From contig OZ249436.1 in the NCBI GenBank assembly GCA_965235115.1, forward strand, positions 47,928,001-47,992,000: DNA of 64,000 bases, written 5' to 3'. Source of the DNA: Laetmonice hystrix (Eukaryota). Shown here piece by piece: positions 50,994-63,130 of the stretch. A program made the position numbers and the translations under genes. The first letter of the stretch is position 1, and each line of letters begins with the position of its first letter. The notes beneath the pieces were generated by a model, which saw nothing but the letters and a program-made list of their open reading frames with translations, was not told the DNA's origin and ran no database searches.

Positions 50994-51725
50994 CAGGCGC
51001 GGATCCAGGGGGTGCATTGGGTGCACGTGCACCCCCCTTGAGTCCCCATTTTTATATATAGGCCTATATTAATCAAACCCCTCCCGTTCCACGTGACCCG
51101 CATCTGGCAAACCGGCACCAAAACCCACTGACCCGCGAGGACAGCCATAGGACCCACCTGAATTATAAATCTAGGGCGTTTTAGGCCTAGATTTATCATT
51201 TAGGTGGAGCCTATCCTCTTTTTTGCCACTTTGTGTCGTTTGTTGAGGATAGTCTGCGGCTTGATCACACGTACATTTAGTAAATTTAGCTCAGATTACA
51301 TATGCGCCATCAGGTGGCCTATAGATCTATAGCCACGCATATCTGATAGATGGCGATTGTGCCCCCCCCCCCCCCCCTTATTTTTGCAGACTGACTTTTT
51401 AACGAATTGCTAAAAAAGCTAGGCCTATTTTCAGCTGACTCTAAGACCTTGCAGCCTATGTTGTTCCCAGATGCCAGGAAAACGCGTATTTGGCACTTTA
51501 TTTGTCCAATTTTTCTGACCCCCGCCCCCCCCCCCCACCCACTTGAGGCGTCGGATCGCGTAGACTTATTAGGCTTATATTATTATTGAAACTTGGGACC
51601 TATATGTAAGTAGTCGTAAAATAGTGATAAGAACTGATGCACCGTCCTATACTTTGGGGACCTCACAAGTATCTTTGATGGTGCACCCCCCCCCCCCCCC
51701 TACAGAGCACCTGGATCTGCCCCTG
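50994..51725. mobile_element. MITE with CAG...CTG ends and 5-bp TSD, nested in the YR element
   Basis: ttgat|caggcgcggatccagg ... cctggatctgcccctg|ttgat. Confidence 0.7.
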
Positions 51726-52050
51726 TTGATGATGGGTTTGTTTCATCAGCTGGATAATTTTTAAGGCGGACTGCAGTAGGCCTAGTTTCATTTAGAATAA
51801 ATTGCATACGCAGTCCTGCTTTTTACATGCAGTATACGAAATGTCCTCGTACTACCCCATCCATTGGGTATGGATGTGTCCTTACTTTGGTGACCCAATT
51901 AGCTTTCAATACACATGTGGTCCCACCTTTGATAGATTTTGTCCACACACAAAAAAATTTTAGAACTTAACGAAATTAGAGTTTAAGCCTCATTAGGTTA
52001 ATTTAATATACCATGCAAAATAATGGCCTAATATCTTTAGAAATAAAAGA

Positions 52051-52101
52051 GTCCACATTTTGTAGGTTTCAGACACATGTCCCCACTTTCCACCATTAAC
52101 A
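52051..52101. repeat. Right TIR (52072-52101) and subterminal core motif
   Basis: gtccacattttg ... gacacatgtccccactttccaccattaaca. Confidence 0.8.
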
Positions 52102-52105
52102 CGTA

Positions 52106-52126
52106 TGTGTGTGTGTGTGTGTGTGT
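52106..52126. repeat. (TG)n microsatellite, right half of the insertion target
   Basis: cgta-tgtgtgtgtgtgtgtgtgtgt directly after the right TIR. Confidence 0.9.
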
Positions 52127-52274
52127 AAAGATAGCAGCTACTCAGGTGTTCAACTTGTAGGCTTGATCCACCTCTGGAACTTTTTATATGGGGGTTATTA
52201 AGTAATTGATCTCAGACGATGTCGTTCAGGAGCCAAAGTATCATAAGTTGACAGTGATTAAACTGCCATACATG

Positions 52275-54344
52275 CACTGGCTACACACTGATCATCGTAA
52301 CGCGCGTTACGCTGATCCAAGATGGAGGAAGGCAGGTCTCGCTTCAACTAAAACTAGGCGTATTTCAAGCAGTTCCGCGTCTCTGATTCATCTGTAAGAC
52401 GTCAGAGTTGTTTATTGTAATGGTGGCATCATGTTTGGTGAACCTCGGCGCCTGAGATTGCCTAGAAATCTCAAAAATCGCTCCGAAAATTTTCGCTGTG
52501 ATACCCGTAACGCGGACAAGCATGTTGACAAATGATACCCGTAACGCGAATTATTGATACCCGTAACGCGACTCATTGCTGGTTAGCCTGCCATTCACTC
52601 GTAAGCTGTACTGCCTTTATTCTTCGTCTTTCAAGTAGAAAAACCATTCTCACCAGTTTTCGTTTGAAGGGAATTTAATTGTTTGTGTTATTTGAAATCT
52701 TGTGCAGGTCGTGGCAGAGTTTTGACAGTTTAATTTCATGTAGAACGGAGTACGTTAGCGGTAGCCACGCTCGCAAACGCGAATACTTCTAGCCTGTGGC
52801 GAGTTCCACTGCCAAAATAAACCACCAAATTCGCCACGCCTGCAAATTCCAGCTGTCTCCAGTTTATAGCCCAGGTCCCCCCCCCCCCCCCCCCATGCAC
52901 GCCTGATCCACCACTGACTGTAGTTGGAGCACGTGTGTCGGTGTGATGTGGGTGGTCAGAGACCAGGGTGACCGACCCACCCGACCCGGTCTCTCCGCCA
53001 GGCCAGGCCAGCCGCCCGTATGCGTCTGTTCCCCCTAGTCTACTACGGACTACCCCAGGTCAGGCCGACCCTCAGTACTGGCCCGTCTCCCCGGCCTGGG
53101 TCCAGTCCATCTGGGGTGAGTTTATGACAGATGCCAGTCAGCCTGTAGGAGTAATATAGGCCTAGTTTAATCTATCCCGATTACCTGGCAGGCTGAGTGT
53201 ACCAGGAGAGGACAGGCGACACATAGCATGGCTGAGGTCACAATCATGGCATGAAGGTGGGGAGGCAGCTCGGCCGCTCAGTACGGGGGTCGGGGGTGTG
53301 AAGGGTGGGGACTGTCAGGGGGGGGGGATCGCTGTGATGAGAGGGTATTATAGCCTAGGTACCCGTCAATTTGGGCCAGGCCTCCTCTGAGGTGTAGGTG
53401 TACTGTACTGGATCCCAATATTCTTGCTGCTCAAGAGGGCCACTTGTGTAGAGTTATCCTCGAGATATAGGACAGCTTATTCCCCCAAAAACGTTCACTA
53501 GGCCGACACACAGCTGGCAAATGAAAGTACATACATGTACTTTATATTATACAGAGAAATTAAGACTGTATAATACATGTATAATGAACTCTGGTTACCT
53601 AAATAAAAAACATCAAAACAACTGTGGCTAAAACTTTTTCCCTGTGGCTAGTTCTTTTCCTCAGTTGTTAGCCACTGTGGCTAATACCCAAAATTCACTA
53701 GCGTACTCCCTGTACGGAGGAGTCAGGGTGCTCTACCCCGGGGTACTGGGGAAGGACAAAGCATCTCGATCTCTCATGGTGCCTGCCAGGCATGTCTTAG
53801 ATTCGTGACCCCGCCCTGGGGTCCACACACACTCTGTATGGTAACACCTATAGTATAGTATAGTATCACACACGCTGTTAATCCGGGCCCTATTATATAC
53901 GTGTACCTCATGGTTTTACATTCATACTGAAGTAGATAATGCTCATTACAAAGTTGAGATTCATTATCAGATCACGAGCCGATGTTGAAAGTCGTCTACT
54001 CGTCTACGTAAAAACCTTTAGCCTAGGCTCAGTGAAAGGTTTAGGTGCCGCGTTACGCCTATCCTGTCACCAAATTAAACTTGCGTTACGGGGATCAGCG
54101 CTGCGCGTTACGGGTATCATCGCCAAATCTTCTGCGTCCATTTTCTCTTAATCTACGCCCGTCTAGGACCCCAAACTGAGACAAACGGCAGGCACACATT
54201 GTTATCATGATATTCAGATGTTGTTTTATGTTGTTGATGCACCGTAGCCCTTGTAACTTGAACAAAAACACGCGAAGCGAGCATCGGGATCGTCCATCTT
54301 GGATCAGCGTAACGCGCGTTACGATGATCAGTGTGTAGCCAGTG
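52275..54344. mobile_element. Non-autonomous DNA transposon, copy B (inverted relative to copy A; Transib-like)
   Basis: Same 52-bp TIRs as 31920-33992. ACATG duplicated at 52270-74 and 54345-49. Identical small ORFs on the opposite strand in the ORF track. Confidence 0.9.
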
Positions 54345-54387
54345 ACATGGTATGAGCCATGGTACTGATATAACGAACTACAATATC

Positions 54388-54665
54388 CAGGGCCGGATCC
54401 AGGATTCTTAGAAAGGGGGGGGGGCGTAGCCCCTGGAAAAGATTGCGAGCGCCGAAGGCGCAAAGCCCCAGGGGGGGTCTGGGGGGCCTCCCCCCGAAAA
54501 ATTCATGTTTGTCAGATGCATTTTCCCGGCATCTGAGAAAAGAACTGTTCCTTTTTTTCAGGGGGCAAAGTACTGGTAAAATTCTAAAGTTCTAGAGTCT
54601 AAAAAATCATTACTCTGCCAAAAATAGGGGGCGTACGCCCCCCACGCCCCCTGGATCCGGCCCTG
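54388..54665. mobile_element. MITE with CAG...CTG ends and 5-bp TSD
   Basis: atatc|cagggccggatccagg ... cctggatccggccctg|atatc. Confidence 0.8.
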
Positions 54666-54879
54666 ATATCAGTTTCTTCATTTCTTCAGCATGCAGAGTA
54701 TCCGTACGATTCTCAAACAAAAGTGTATTTCCATTGTCCATGACTTTGAGAAGCCTGCCACCCTAGAGATCATGTTGAGTCTACTCCAGGTACTTCTGTT
54801 TTTGCTGGGCTACTGAGTTTGAGTTAGTGAACACAAATTTGGGGCTATAGGCCAGAACATATATCCCCCTGGCCCAATG

Positions 54880-55120
54880 TCTTCTTCTCCTTCTCCTTCT
54901 TCTCCTTCTCCTTCTTCTTCGTCTCCTTCTTCTTCTTCTTCTTCTTCTGCTGCTGCTGCTGCTGCTTCGTCTTCTTCTGGTGCTGCTTCTGCTGATTGCC
55001 TCTTCTTCATGTTTTCGTCTTCCTCTGCTTCTTCCTCTTCTTCCTCTCCTGCTTTTTCCCTCGCCTTCCTTTGCTTCTTCCTCTACTTAATTCCTCATCT
55101 TCCTCTGCTTCTTCCTCTTT
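54880..55120. repeat. (CTT)/(CTG)-rich low-complexity tract
   Basis: Direct reading. Confidence 0.85.
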
Positions 55121-55482
55121 TTTCCCTCATTCCACTTTAACTGGTTGGGGGGTATAAAATGGGTCAGAGGTATGTTCTGGCCTAGCCCAGAATAACCTCC
55201 GGGGTGTAAACTGGCCTAGACCCATGAACTTAAAGATATGAAAGTATCGCATGATATTGATATATTCTATTATAGACACACTCTTCGATCATCCATGATC
55301 AAGGACGCTACAGTTTCCTCTAATGGGTTTTATACCCGGGTATACTTTGGGCCAGGGTTATAATCCGGCCTGTTACACCGGGCTATTGGTTGCTGAAAAA
55401 AACTCAACACTGCACTGTCTGCAGTGCTGGCCATACAAATGGTATGAACTGTTTGTCCAGAAAAATATATTAGGGGCATGCT

Positions 55483-55597
55483 CATGGGCGGATCCAAGAT
55501 TTTGCAACTGGGAGGGGGGCTGGGTGGTGTATGTAAGTCCTCTTAGGTGCGGGGATGGGGCTTAAGCCCCCCTATCCCCCTCCTGAATCTGCCACTG
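55483..55597. mobile_element. Short MITE of the same GGCGGATC-ended type, 6-bp TSD
   Basis: catgct|catgggcggatcca ... tgaatctgccactg|catgct. Confidence 0.55.
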
Positions 55598-57320
55598 CAT
55601 GCTGTAGTCCTACATGGCTACAATACATGGCATAGCTCGCACAAGGCATATGGGCCTAAGTTTTAACATGGGAGTCTATAACAGTGTCAGGCTTCTGATT
55701 AATCTGCACACTTTCCTTAGGCCTACTTTATTCAGGTGGAAGGAATATTACGTTTTTCTCCAATAATTCCCATCTACTGATCAGTGATAGATAAGGGTAA
55801 AAGCAAGAGATTTGTCCGTTCTTACCTTTTCGGGACATGTGTCCAAGACCATTCCGCCAGTTTGGTTTCGAACGAATGATGGGCGGTATCAGTACAGTCT
55901 GTCCACCGCGTCGACTTGAAACTAATCTAACAACCATTCTAGGTCACTGGATTTCCAGTTTACAGTGATTAGTAAGGAAAATATGATCTCCCTTGAGTCT
56001 CTGTGGTTACTGTTCCAGGTTATTTCACTCAAAAATAACAAGTGTTGTAGGGGGCCTACACATTATATGACAAATTCTTGTGAGACCTGAATAGTCACGT
56101 GACCGTTTTGGGCAAGTTTATGACAAGTTTGACTTGTCTATACGTCAGTGTGGCTGTCATTAACTCGTAAACCCGTCCTTAGTGTTTAGCCCTCAGAATG
56201 AAACTGGCGTCTTGACTAAAGTCTTCCGTTAGTTTGACATGGAGGCTTCACACGTTCACGGTACGGTCCCTGTGCCGCGTAAGCACCTAAGACTACCCCT
56301 CTGCTTTTTACTTCATTCATTTTTTCGTCGAAGATAACTGCACAAGGTCTCGTATATGGAAGTGGCTCCCACGTCCTGAAGCCGACAGGTATTTGTTACC
56401 TAATCCCACAAGTATACTTCCTATACTTATGTGTTTATATTATATCAAGCCAAATGAAATAAATATATCCCAACCATGGCAAGTGCACACCACCAGTAAA
56501 TATGTATATTATAGATACCAACCCATGCATGTAAGCGGTCTCTGGCTTCAGCCTGGTTAATGCCATGTTACAATGTAAGATCATAGTAAAAAATAAAATA
56601 TATGATTGATTGATGAAAAAAATGGTGATTGGGCCCATAACGCTGTGTGCGTGAGCTGATAATATAATTAATAGAAGTAACAGAAGTGCTAACACAACTA
56701 TTACGATATGTGTGGCTGAATTCTACTATGCATAATTTTCTAATTTTCTAAACAAAAAAAACCCAAAGAATTCGTTCGGTAACTATTTATCACTTTTTTA
56801 GATTTGAATTAGATTGTGTTTTTTTGGTCTTTTCGCAACAACGTACTAGTTTCGCCCCAAAGCTCAGTAGATTGTCCAATAAAGAATAAAGTTCTTAAGC
56901 GTTCCTTGATGAGGTTTTCTCCGAACCCGGAGAAAGTCTTACTCCGATTAACGACTTGAGTATTAAATGGGCAGAATCTCCCGCAATTTTCCTTCAATCA
57001 GTGATTCCTTTCTAAATGGTTTCGTTAATTTCGTTAATAGCTCTTTAATGACATAACCCTGTTTGCTCGGGTATGTTATCGTTTTATTAATTGTTGATTT
57101 AGTTTTTCTGGGTCAACATGATTAGTTTGGCGCTGAGACAGCACAGGTGAACTTTCATTTCCTGCTGCCCGAGCTCCACGTTAAATCCTACCGTCAATGG
57201 TTCAAGCCCGAACGGAGACACCTGCCGGGATTCCCATATGTCTCCAGCTGCAGCTAATGCTGTGTTTGGACGTGTAGAAGGGGGACCGAGATCGTATGGA
57301 GGGTTTCCGGCCTTCTCTTC

Positions 57321-57572
57321 ATAGGAGGTTCCACCTCCAGTTATAGTACAGGGGATTCAGCCGTCCCCTGTCGGAATAGGAGGTTCCACCTCCAGTTATA
57401 GTACAGGAGGTTCAGCCGTCCCATGTCGGAACAGGAGGTTCCACCTCCAGTTATAGTACAGGAGGTTCAGCCGTCCCATGTCGGAACAGGAGGTTCCACC
57501 TCCAGTTATAGTACAGGGTGTTCAGCCGTCCCATGTCGGTATAGGAGGTTCCACCTCCAGTTATAGTACAGG
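57321..57572. repeat. Tandem repeat, 55-bp unit, ~4.5 copies
   Basis: aggaggttccacctccagttatagtacagg... at 57323, 57378, 57433, 57488, 57543. Confidence 0.9.
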
Positions 57573-57723
57573 GCTTTAACCAGACCGATCAATATATTTT
57601 AGTATAGGAGGATGCTGCCTTGAGGATGTAAAAAACGAGCCATCCAAAACACGAGTGTTACGTCTGTCAGAAATCAATGACCAGTATTAAACCTCGGGGG
57701 ATTTTGGTACCGAATCGGATATA

Positions 57724-58231
57724 CGGTGGCCCATAAGGGACATTATGCAGCGTAATTTGCTATTTCCAAGGAAACCACAATATGTTTTTCGGGGGTTCAC
57801 GTTTAAATATCGACGATTTCGCTTTCCTTTATGGCGAATAGAGGAGACCGAGTTCGGAATAACAATTGAGAAGACAGAAAAACTTGCGATGAAGAGAAAA
57901 TAATACTTGACGAAACACGAAAAATTATATGAAGAATCCAAGAAACTCAAATGAAAACACGTGAAATCAGTGATAATATTTCCACCGGGATGGAAATATT
58001 TCCCGAGTTTTCATTTGAGTTTCTTGGATACTTATTATAATTTTTCATGTTTCGTCAGGTAATAATATTATTTCTCTTCATCGCAAGTTTTTCTGCCTTC
58101 TCAAGTGTTATTTTAAGTTCGTTCTCATCTATTCGCAGTTAAGGGATACGAAATCGTCGATATCTGAAAGTGAAACCCCGAAAACCCCAGTGATTTCCTT
58201 GGAAATAGCATATTACGCTTATGGGCCACCA
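57724..58231. mobile_element. Foldback MITE (~510 bp, long imperfect arms), TA-flanked, Tc1/mariner-like
   Basis: ta|cggtggcccataag...gctatttccaaggaaa...aaacttgcgatgaagagaaa...ccaagaaactcaaatgaaaac is mirrored by gttttcatttgagtttcttgg...tttctcttcatcgcaagttt...tttccttggaaatagc...cttatgggccacca|ta. Confidence 0.8.
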
Positions 58232-59183
58232 TACGTACAGTAGCTATAGGTTAAAAAAATATGAGCTTTGATATATGACTCATCATCCTTTATCTTATTG
58301 TTTTTCTTACATGCCTTTCTTGCAGTTCTGAATAACCCAAGGGCCAAAACCGCAGGCACATAGCGGGACATTTAAAAAAAACGTATTAAACGCAAACTGA
58401 GTGGCAACCGGTGGGGGTTCTGGCACGATACCATTCAGGAACTTAGAAAATAATCAACATAATTTTAATAAAATCAAAAACAAACATTTATTGCGATAAT
58501 TACAAAGAGAAAATTACATGTCAGGCGTTATTACATGTATATACTTTATACTGGGCTTGTATAATAAGTACATGATGTATAATGATACGCCTACGTTTGC
58601 CAGGAAGCATCGGCTTAAGATCGTCTGGAAAAAATGACACTCTGCTGCAATATTCTTTGGAGTCTATAAAGTCATGAATGGAGATTTTAATAACGTTCCT
58701 GTGGTGTTGCGGTGTTGTTACACAATAAATGCTTTTTCACGATGCCTTTTTGAAACAGGCTGCAACACAAGAAAGAGTCTCCTGAAGCTATTGTGTAAAA
58801 GAGGATAAAACAGGCACTGCGCAATATAGTCTTTTTTTGGGTGGACATACTACGTTAGCGTTAGTGCTAAGTGCATGGAAAAATATATAAGCTAATTATT
58901 AGGACACCCTCGGCTCAACATCCATAAGAAAAGTATGTCGCCATGCAAATGATCAGACTATACTTTCCTCACACTCTAACTTTGAAAAGTTTTGTGATAC
59001 GATAGTAGCGAGTTGATGGGCAGTACGCCTCAGACAAGTAGCACATACCAGTGTTTTAAGAGGTATACATGAGACTTCACTGAAAAGAGCGTAACAACGC
59101 CCCTGAACCCCCTTTCTAATTCGAAACATATCTCTTGTTTGCGATGGTCAATATGTTTACTACTACTATTTGTGACGGCTACC

Positions 59184-59260
59184 GGAGGAGGAGGAGGAGG
59201 AGGAGGAGGAGGAGGAGGAGGAGGAGGAGGGGGAGGAGGAGGAGGAGGAGGAGGAGGAGG
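59184..59260. repeat. (GGA)n microsatellite
   Basis: Direct reading. Confidence 0.95.
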
Positions 59261-60535
59261 GGGTCAGATCGACTTCTGTATAGAGTTATCAGTATAGAGC
59301 TCGTCCCATCAGTCCAGCACACATTAGTCCAGTATAAAACATCGCCAGCTTTCAGGCCACGCTGGTCCGCAGAGACACCTACCCTTGGCCCCCTATAGCG
59401 GAGACCCCTGAGGGCTTGCTTTCAGGCCTGTCAGATTATACATGTATTGTATAATGTTGTCGATCCACCTGCCGGAGGCGCATTAAAGTCAATCTGGTGA
59501 GGTGGATGGATACGTAAAGTAAGAAATCCTTCCAATAAAATCTTCCAATAAAAGAGGGTTGAGCGGCTAGGATTCCTTCCCAACTCCACTGGCTCTGACC
59601 GTACAGTATGAAGGGATACTTCGGGAGGGGGGGGGGGGGGGCAGATGATCATTTCCGCGCTTGCCGATCATTATTAAAAGGACAACTCCTTTCATATTCC
59701 GGACTGCCTTTTTCTGTAATTATTTGACAAAGCAAATACAGTTTCCTATCGGTGGCATAATCTCTCACGAGTCTTGAAATGCCAACGATAACTCAGGGCT
59801 CCTGACTCCTCTAACCACACAGAACATTCTGAGTGAGTGTGCACTATGTCTCTGACGTTACGACAGCCGGGTTTTCGCTTCCAATCAACTCGTCACTCCG
59901 CTACGCGATGGCTCCCTAATGACTTCCATTTGGCGACGTCAGGCTGTAGTATTGTCGTGTGAGATCTTCTGCTGGCAGTATCCTAGCTCTGGCAGCTGCA
60001 TCTTAAGCCAGCTACAGCCCCAAGTGACATGGGAAAAGGATTATGTCGGGTTTCCTGTTGGGACCATAGAGTTTCCGCCAGGTGTCGCTTCTGGGAAACC
60101 ATGAAGGCCTGTCAAACACAACTCTCCGCCTGCCACCGCCCCATTCTTGTTCAACCCATATCAAGAGTTGTCTCGATTTTGAACTTATTTTGTTCCAATG
60201 ATCTGTTGATTCAGACAGCAGATCATGGGCCAGCTGGCGGTAGGTCTTCCGAGGACATGAAAGAATCCGTCTCAGGGATGAATATGAAGCCTTATCAACC
60301 CTCAGGCTGCAACCTGGTCGAACCATAGTGGCAAAAACTGAGCCATGGAAGACAGTTTGGGATATGGATATGCATATGGAGATACGCCTCTGCAATAGCC
60401 CGGGTGATATCGAGACAGAACCATATCTGATGTGGAGAACCCGTAGTTAGGCGGAATGCCACCGGTTGGATGTGTTCTTTAACTGTGAACTGATGCGTGG
60501 TGTCATGTTGCTGAAAATCTAGGGGTCCGAGAGTA

Positions 60536-60904
60536 TGGTGTTTCCCTAAACTGTTCACGCAAAGGCCGAGAAGCGGCATCAGTCACTGCGCATGTACACT
60601 GAGTCGTCTGCAGTCACTGCTTCTTCCGGTTTATTGAGTCATGGCTTGGCGGAAGTGAAAGAATGAAAGTATGTGACAGAAAGAGGTTTGCCATGCAACT
60701 CAGGAGGACCAAAGGGGAACTTGTTTAAATGGCAACCGAGGCAGAGGTTAATTGTCGATATCCCCATCGAGCCCGGCGAAAAGACCACGTCGGGGTGTCG
60801 TACTGGATGTTGACACCGGAAGTCCCAGTGACTGCGGAAGTTGGCTGTAGGCACTGGCGGCGCCTAGCGGGTTTTTTTCGTGAACTAGTTTAGGGAAACA
60901 CCCG
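60536..60904. mobile_element. MITE, TA-flanked, Tc1/mariner-like termini
   Basis: ta|tggtgtttccctaaactgttcacg ... cgtgaactagtttagggaaacacccg|ta. Confidence 0.65.
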
Positions 60905-63007
60905 TATGGTTAAGGTTACGTAGACGTTGTTATTATTTTCCCGTAACACTCAACCAGGTTGACATGCTTCCTTTAATGTTGTTGGGTTTCCATAAATTAG
61001 AATCACTAGTAGCTACTTCAAACACATAGGCTCTACACTCGATGCCTGGCGCATGAATACGGCACTCCGCCTTCGGTGTCGTGCCGTATTCATGCGCCAG
61101 GCATCTCGTTCCATACATTCGTGTCGTGAAGGACCCTCATCCCGATAAGTGTTTTTATAACTATGTCTCAGAGCTGAATATGGAACACACTGGGAGAAGA
61201 GGATAAAACTTTGAGTATGTAGGCGGCTGACATAGCTCGCCCTTATACAGTGGAGACCGGGCATGTCTCTATATGACAGACCTTTTCTGTGTGTTTCTGC
61301 AGTGATGAATGAACGACTGGTTGGTCTGTGAAACATGTCAGCTGTGGACCATCTTCCCACAATCACTGTCCCGTGATGTGCCTTTCACAGTGTAATATTA
61401 AAACACAGCCGTATATGTGAGATTGTGGACACGTTTCATTATATGCAGACAACATGTCAGCATGTTCCCTATTTGTCTACAATGAATAGTGAATTGAATC
61501 TATTGTGTCAGAAATATTAAATCTCACATGACAAAAAGTGTTATTAAACTAAATCTCACATGACAAAAAGTGTTATTAAACTATTTTGATTTATTTCCAA
61601 TTCTTGTTTTGTCATTCATCTTCTTAAAGATTCGGGACTCGGTTATGGTAAAGGTAGACCTCCCTACCCTTTTAAATTATTTATTTGTTTATGTATTTAT
61701 ACTTTTATTTATTTACATATTTTGCATCGGCTTGGCATGGATTATAATATTCCTTTTTTTGTTATAACCAACGCCCGCCCAGGGCAGGCCTTTTGCGCAA
61801 ATTCGAGGGGGGGGGGGCAGAACTTTTGCGCAAATTCGAGGGGGGGGGGGGGCAAAACCTGACTTAAAAAACGGCTTGTGCTCTCCCTTGTCCACAAGAG
61901 CCAACATTTAATCAGTAAATCTGCCGTCCCTAGGCGACTGGTTCTCTCATCCCATGAGGTGACGGTATAATTCAATCCCTGACCTACAGACACCCGAGGG
62001 ACACCTAAGCCAGATTAACATGGCCTGGGCTATAATTGGGACGCTTGGAGTCGACAGGATGTATTGGTACTGCGAACATATGTGTGATCCGGAAGGATAC
62101 CATGTCTGTCACATTCACAATGGCCGAGGTCTGCGTGTAGAGAACTAATAAGAACGCTCGACGCTAGGGCAATTTCCAGTCAACCAGTGGGCTGACCCCC
62201 CACAATGCGGTCTACGGAGGCCTGAAGGCACATTTTAGTCGGAAACCTCGGAGTTTAAATTGTAGGGGACAAACTTGACGGATTTAACTGATTGGCTTTG
62301 AAGATGCATCTAAAGCTCAGCTTAGACATACGTATACAAATGCCAGACCTGACGAGGCCAAATAAAAATTTCCATAGACTACATATATACGCATTGTTCG
62401 TAACGCAGGCCCCTGTGGGCGGTTAATAATACAAGTTTATCTGCTGATCTGATAAAGATGGCCTAATTATTTGTAGCCGTTCCGGCCTCACCTACCCTAA
62501 CGCATCCCAACTTGTTCCCGGCAGTGCTCAGTTGCGGGAAACGCGTCCACTTAATGAGGACCCATGCGCCTTAGATCTAAGGGTTCCTATAATTTACCAA
62601 TAAAATTTTGATATTAGGAGAAACCCTCGGGGCCTTCGTACCGGTGTATAATTGATTCCCTCCGCCTACGGGACTTTCAGCGATGCCGGGGAGGGTATGG
62701 GGGAGCTGCATAATAATCAAAGCTTAATGATGGCGGGATCCAGGCCGCCCGAGGGACTGGCACGCAGACCTGGGTGCACAGTGTAATGCCAATTACATTG
62801 AAGTCCTACTCAAGGATGCCAAATGTTAACGTCACCGAGTATTTGATCTCGCGTAGAAACATTTACACACATTATCCACTGACATTGACCGGTTATCTCA
62901 CTGCTACACTGTCCCTGACGAGAGAGACTTGACTGCAACATCAGCAGCGCATGATCTGTCGGTGTAACCTACGTGGCGGATCGAGCCGTGTCACTCGACC
63001 AAAAACT

Positions 63008-63130
63008 ATGGAAACGTGTCACTGGTGCCATGGAAATGTGTCACTGGTGCCATGGAAACGTGTCACTGGTGCCATGGAAACGCGTTACTTTTGCCATGGA
63101 AACGTGCCACTGTTGCCATGAAAACGTTCC
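63008..63130. repeat. Tandem repeat, 21-bp unit, ~5 copies
   Basis: atggaaacgtgtcactggtgcc-like units. Confidence 0.8.

Larger units (their letters stand above)
37553..52101 (+). mobile_element. ~14.55 kb tyrosine-recombinase (Crypton-like) DNA transposon encoding a SET-YR-Myb fusion, inserted in (TG)n
   Basis: Left end tgttaatggcgtaaagtgtggacaagtgtc (37553-82) matches the reverse complement of the right end tgttaatggtggaaagtggggacatgtgtc (52072-101) at 26/30. (TG)n on both outer sides in the same orientation. GTATGT at both junctions. Encloses the whole SET/YR gene. Confidence 0.8.

Noticed and set aside
31920..54344. The 2-kb inverted pair as giant TIRs of one Polinton/Maverick-like or composite element containing the YR gene
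   Set aside because: Each copy has its own TIRs and its own distinct 5-bp TSD, and the outer flanks (ATGAA vs ACATG) do not match. No polB, capsid or integrase genes were found.
54810..59398. Poly-E/poly-S and poly-R ORFs (54810-55140, 59135-59398; also 28765-29205)
   Set aside because: Trinucleotide microsatellite translations without other coding evidence.
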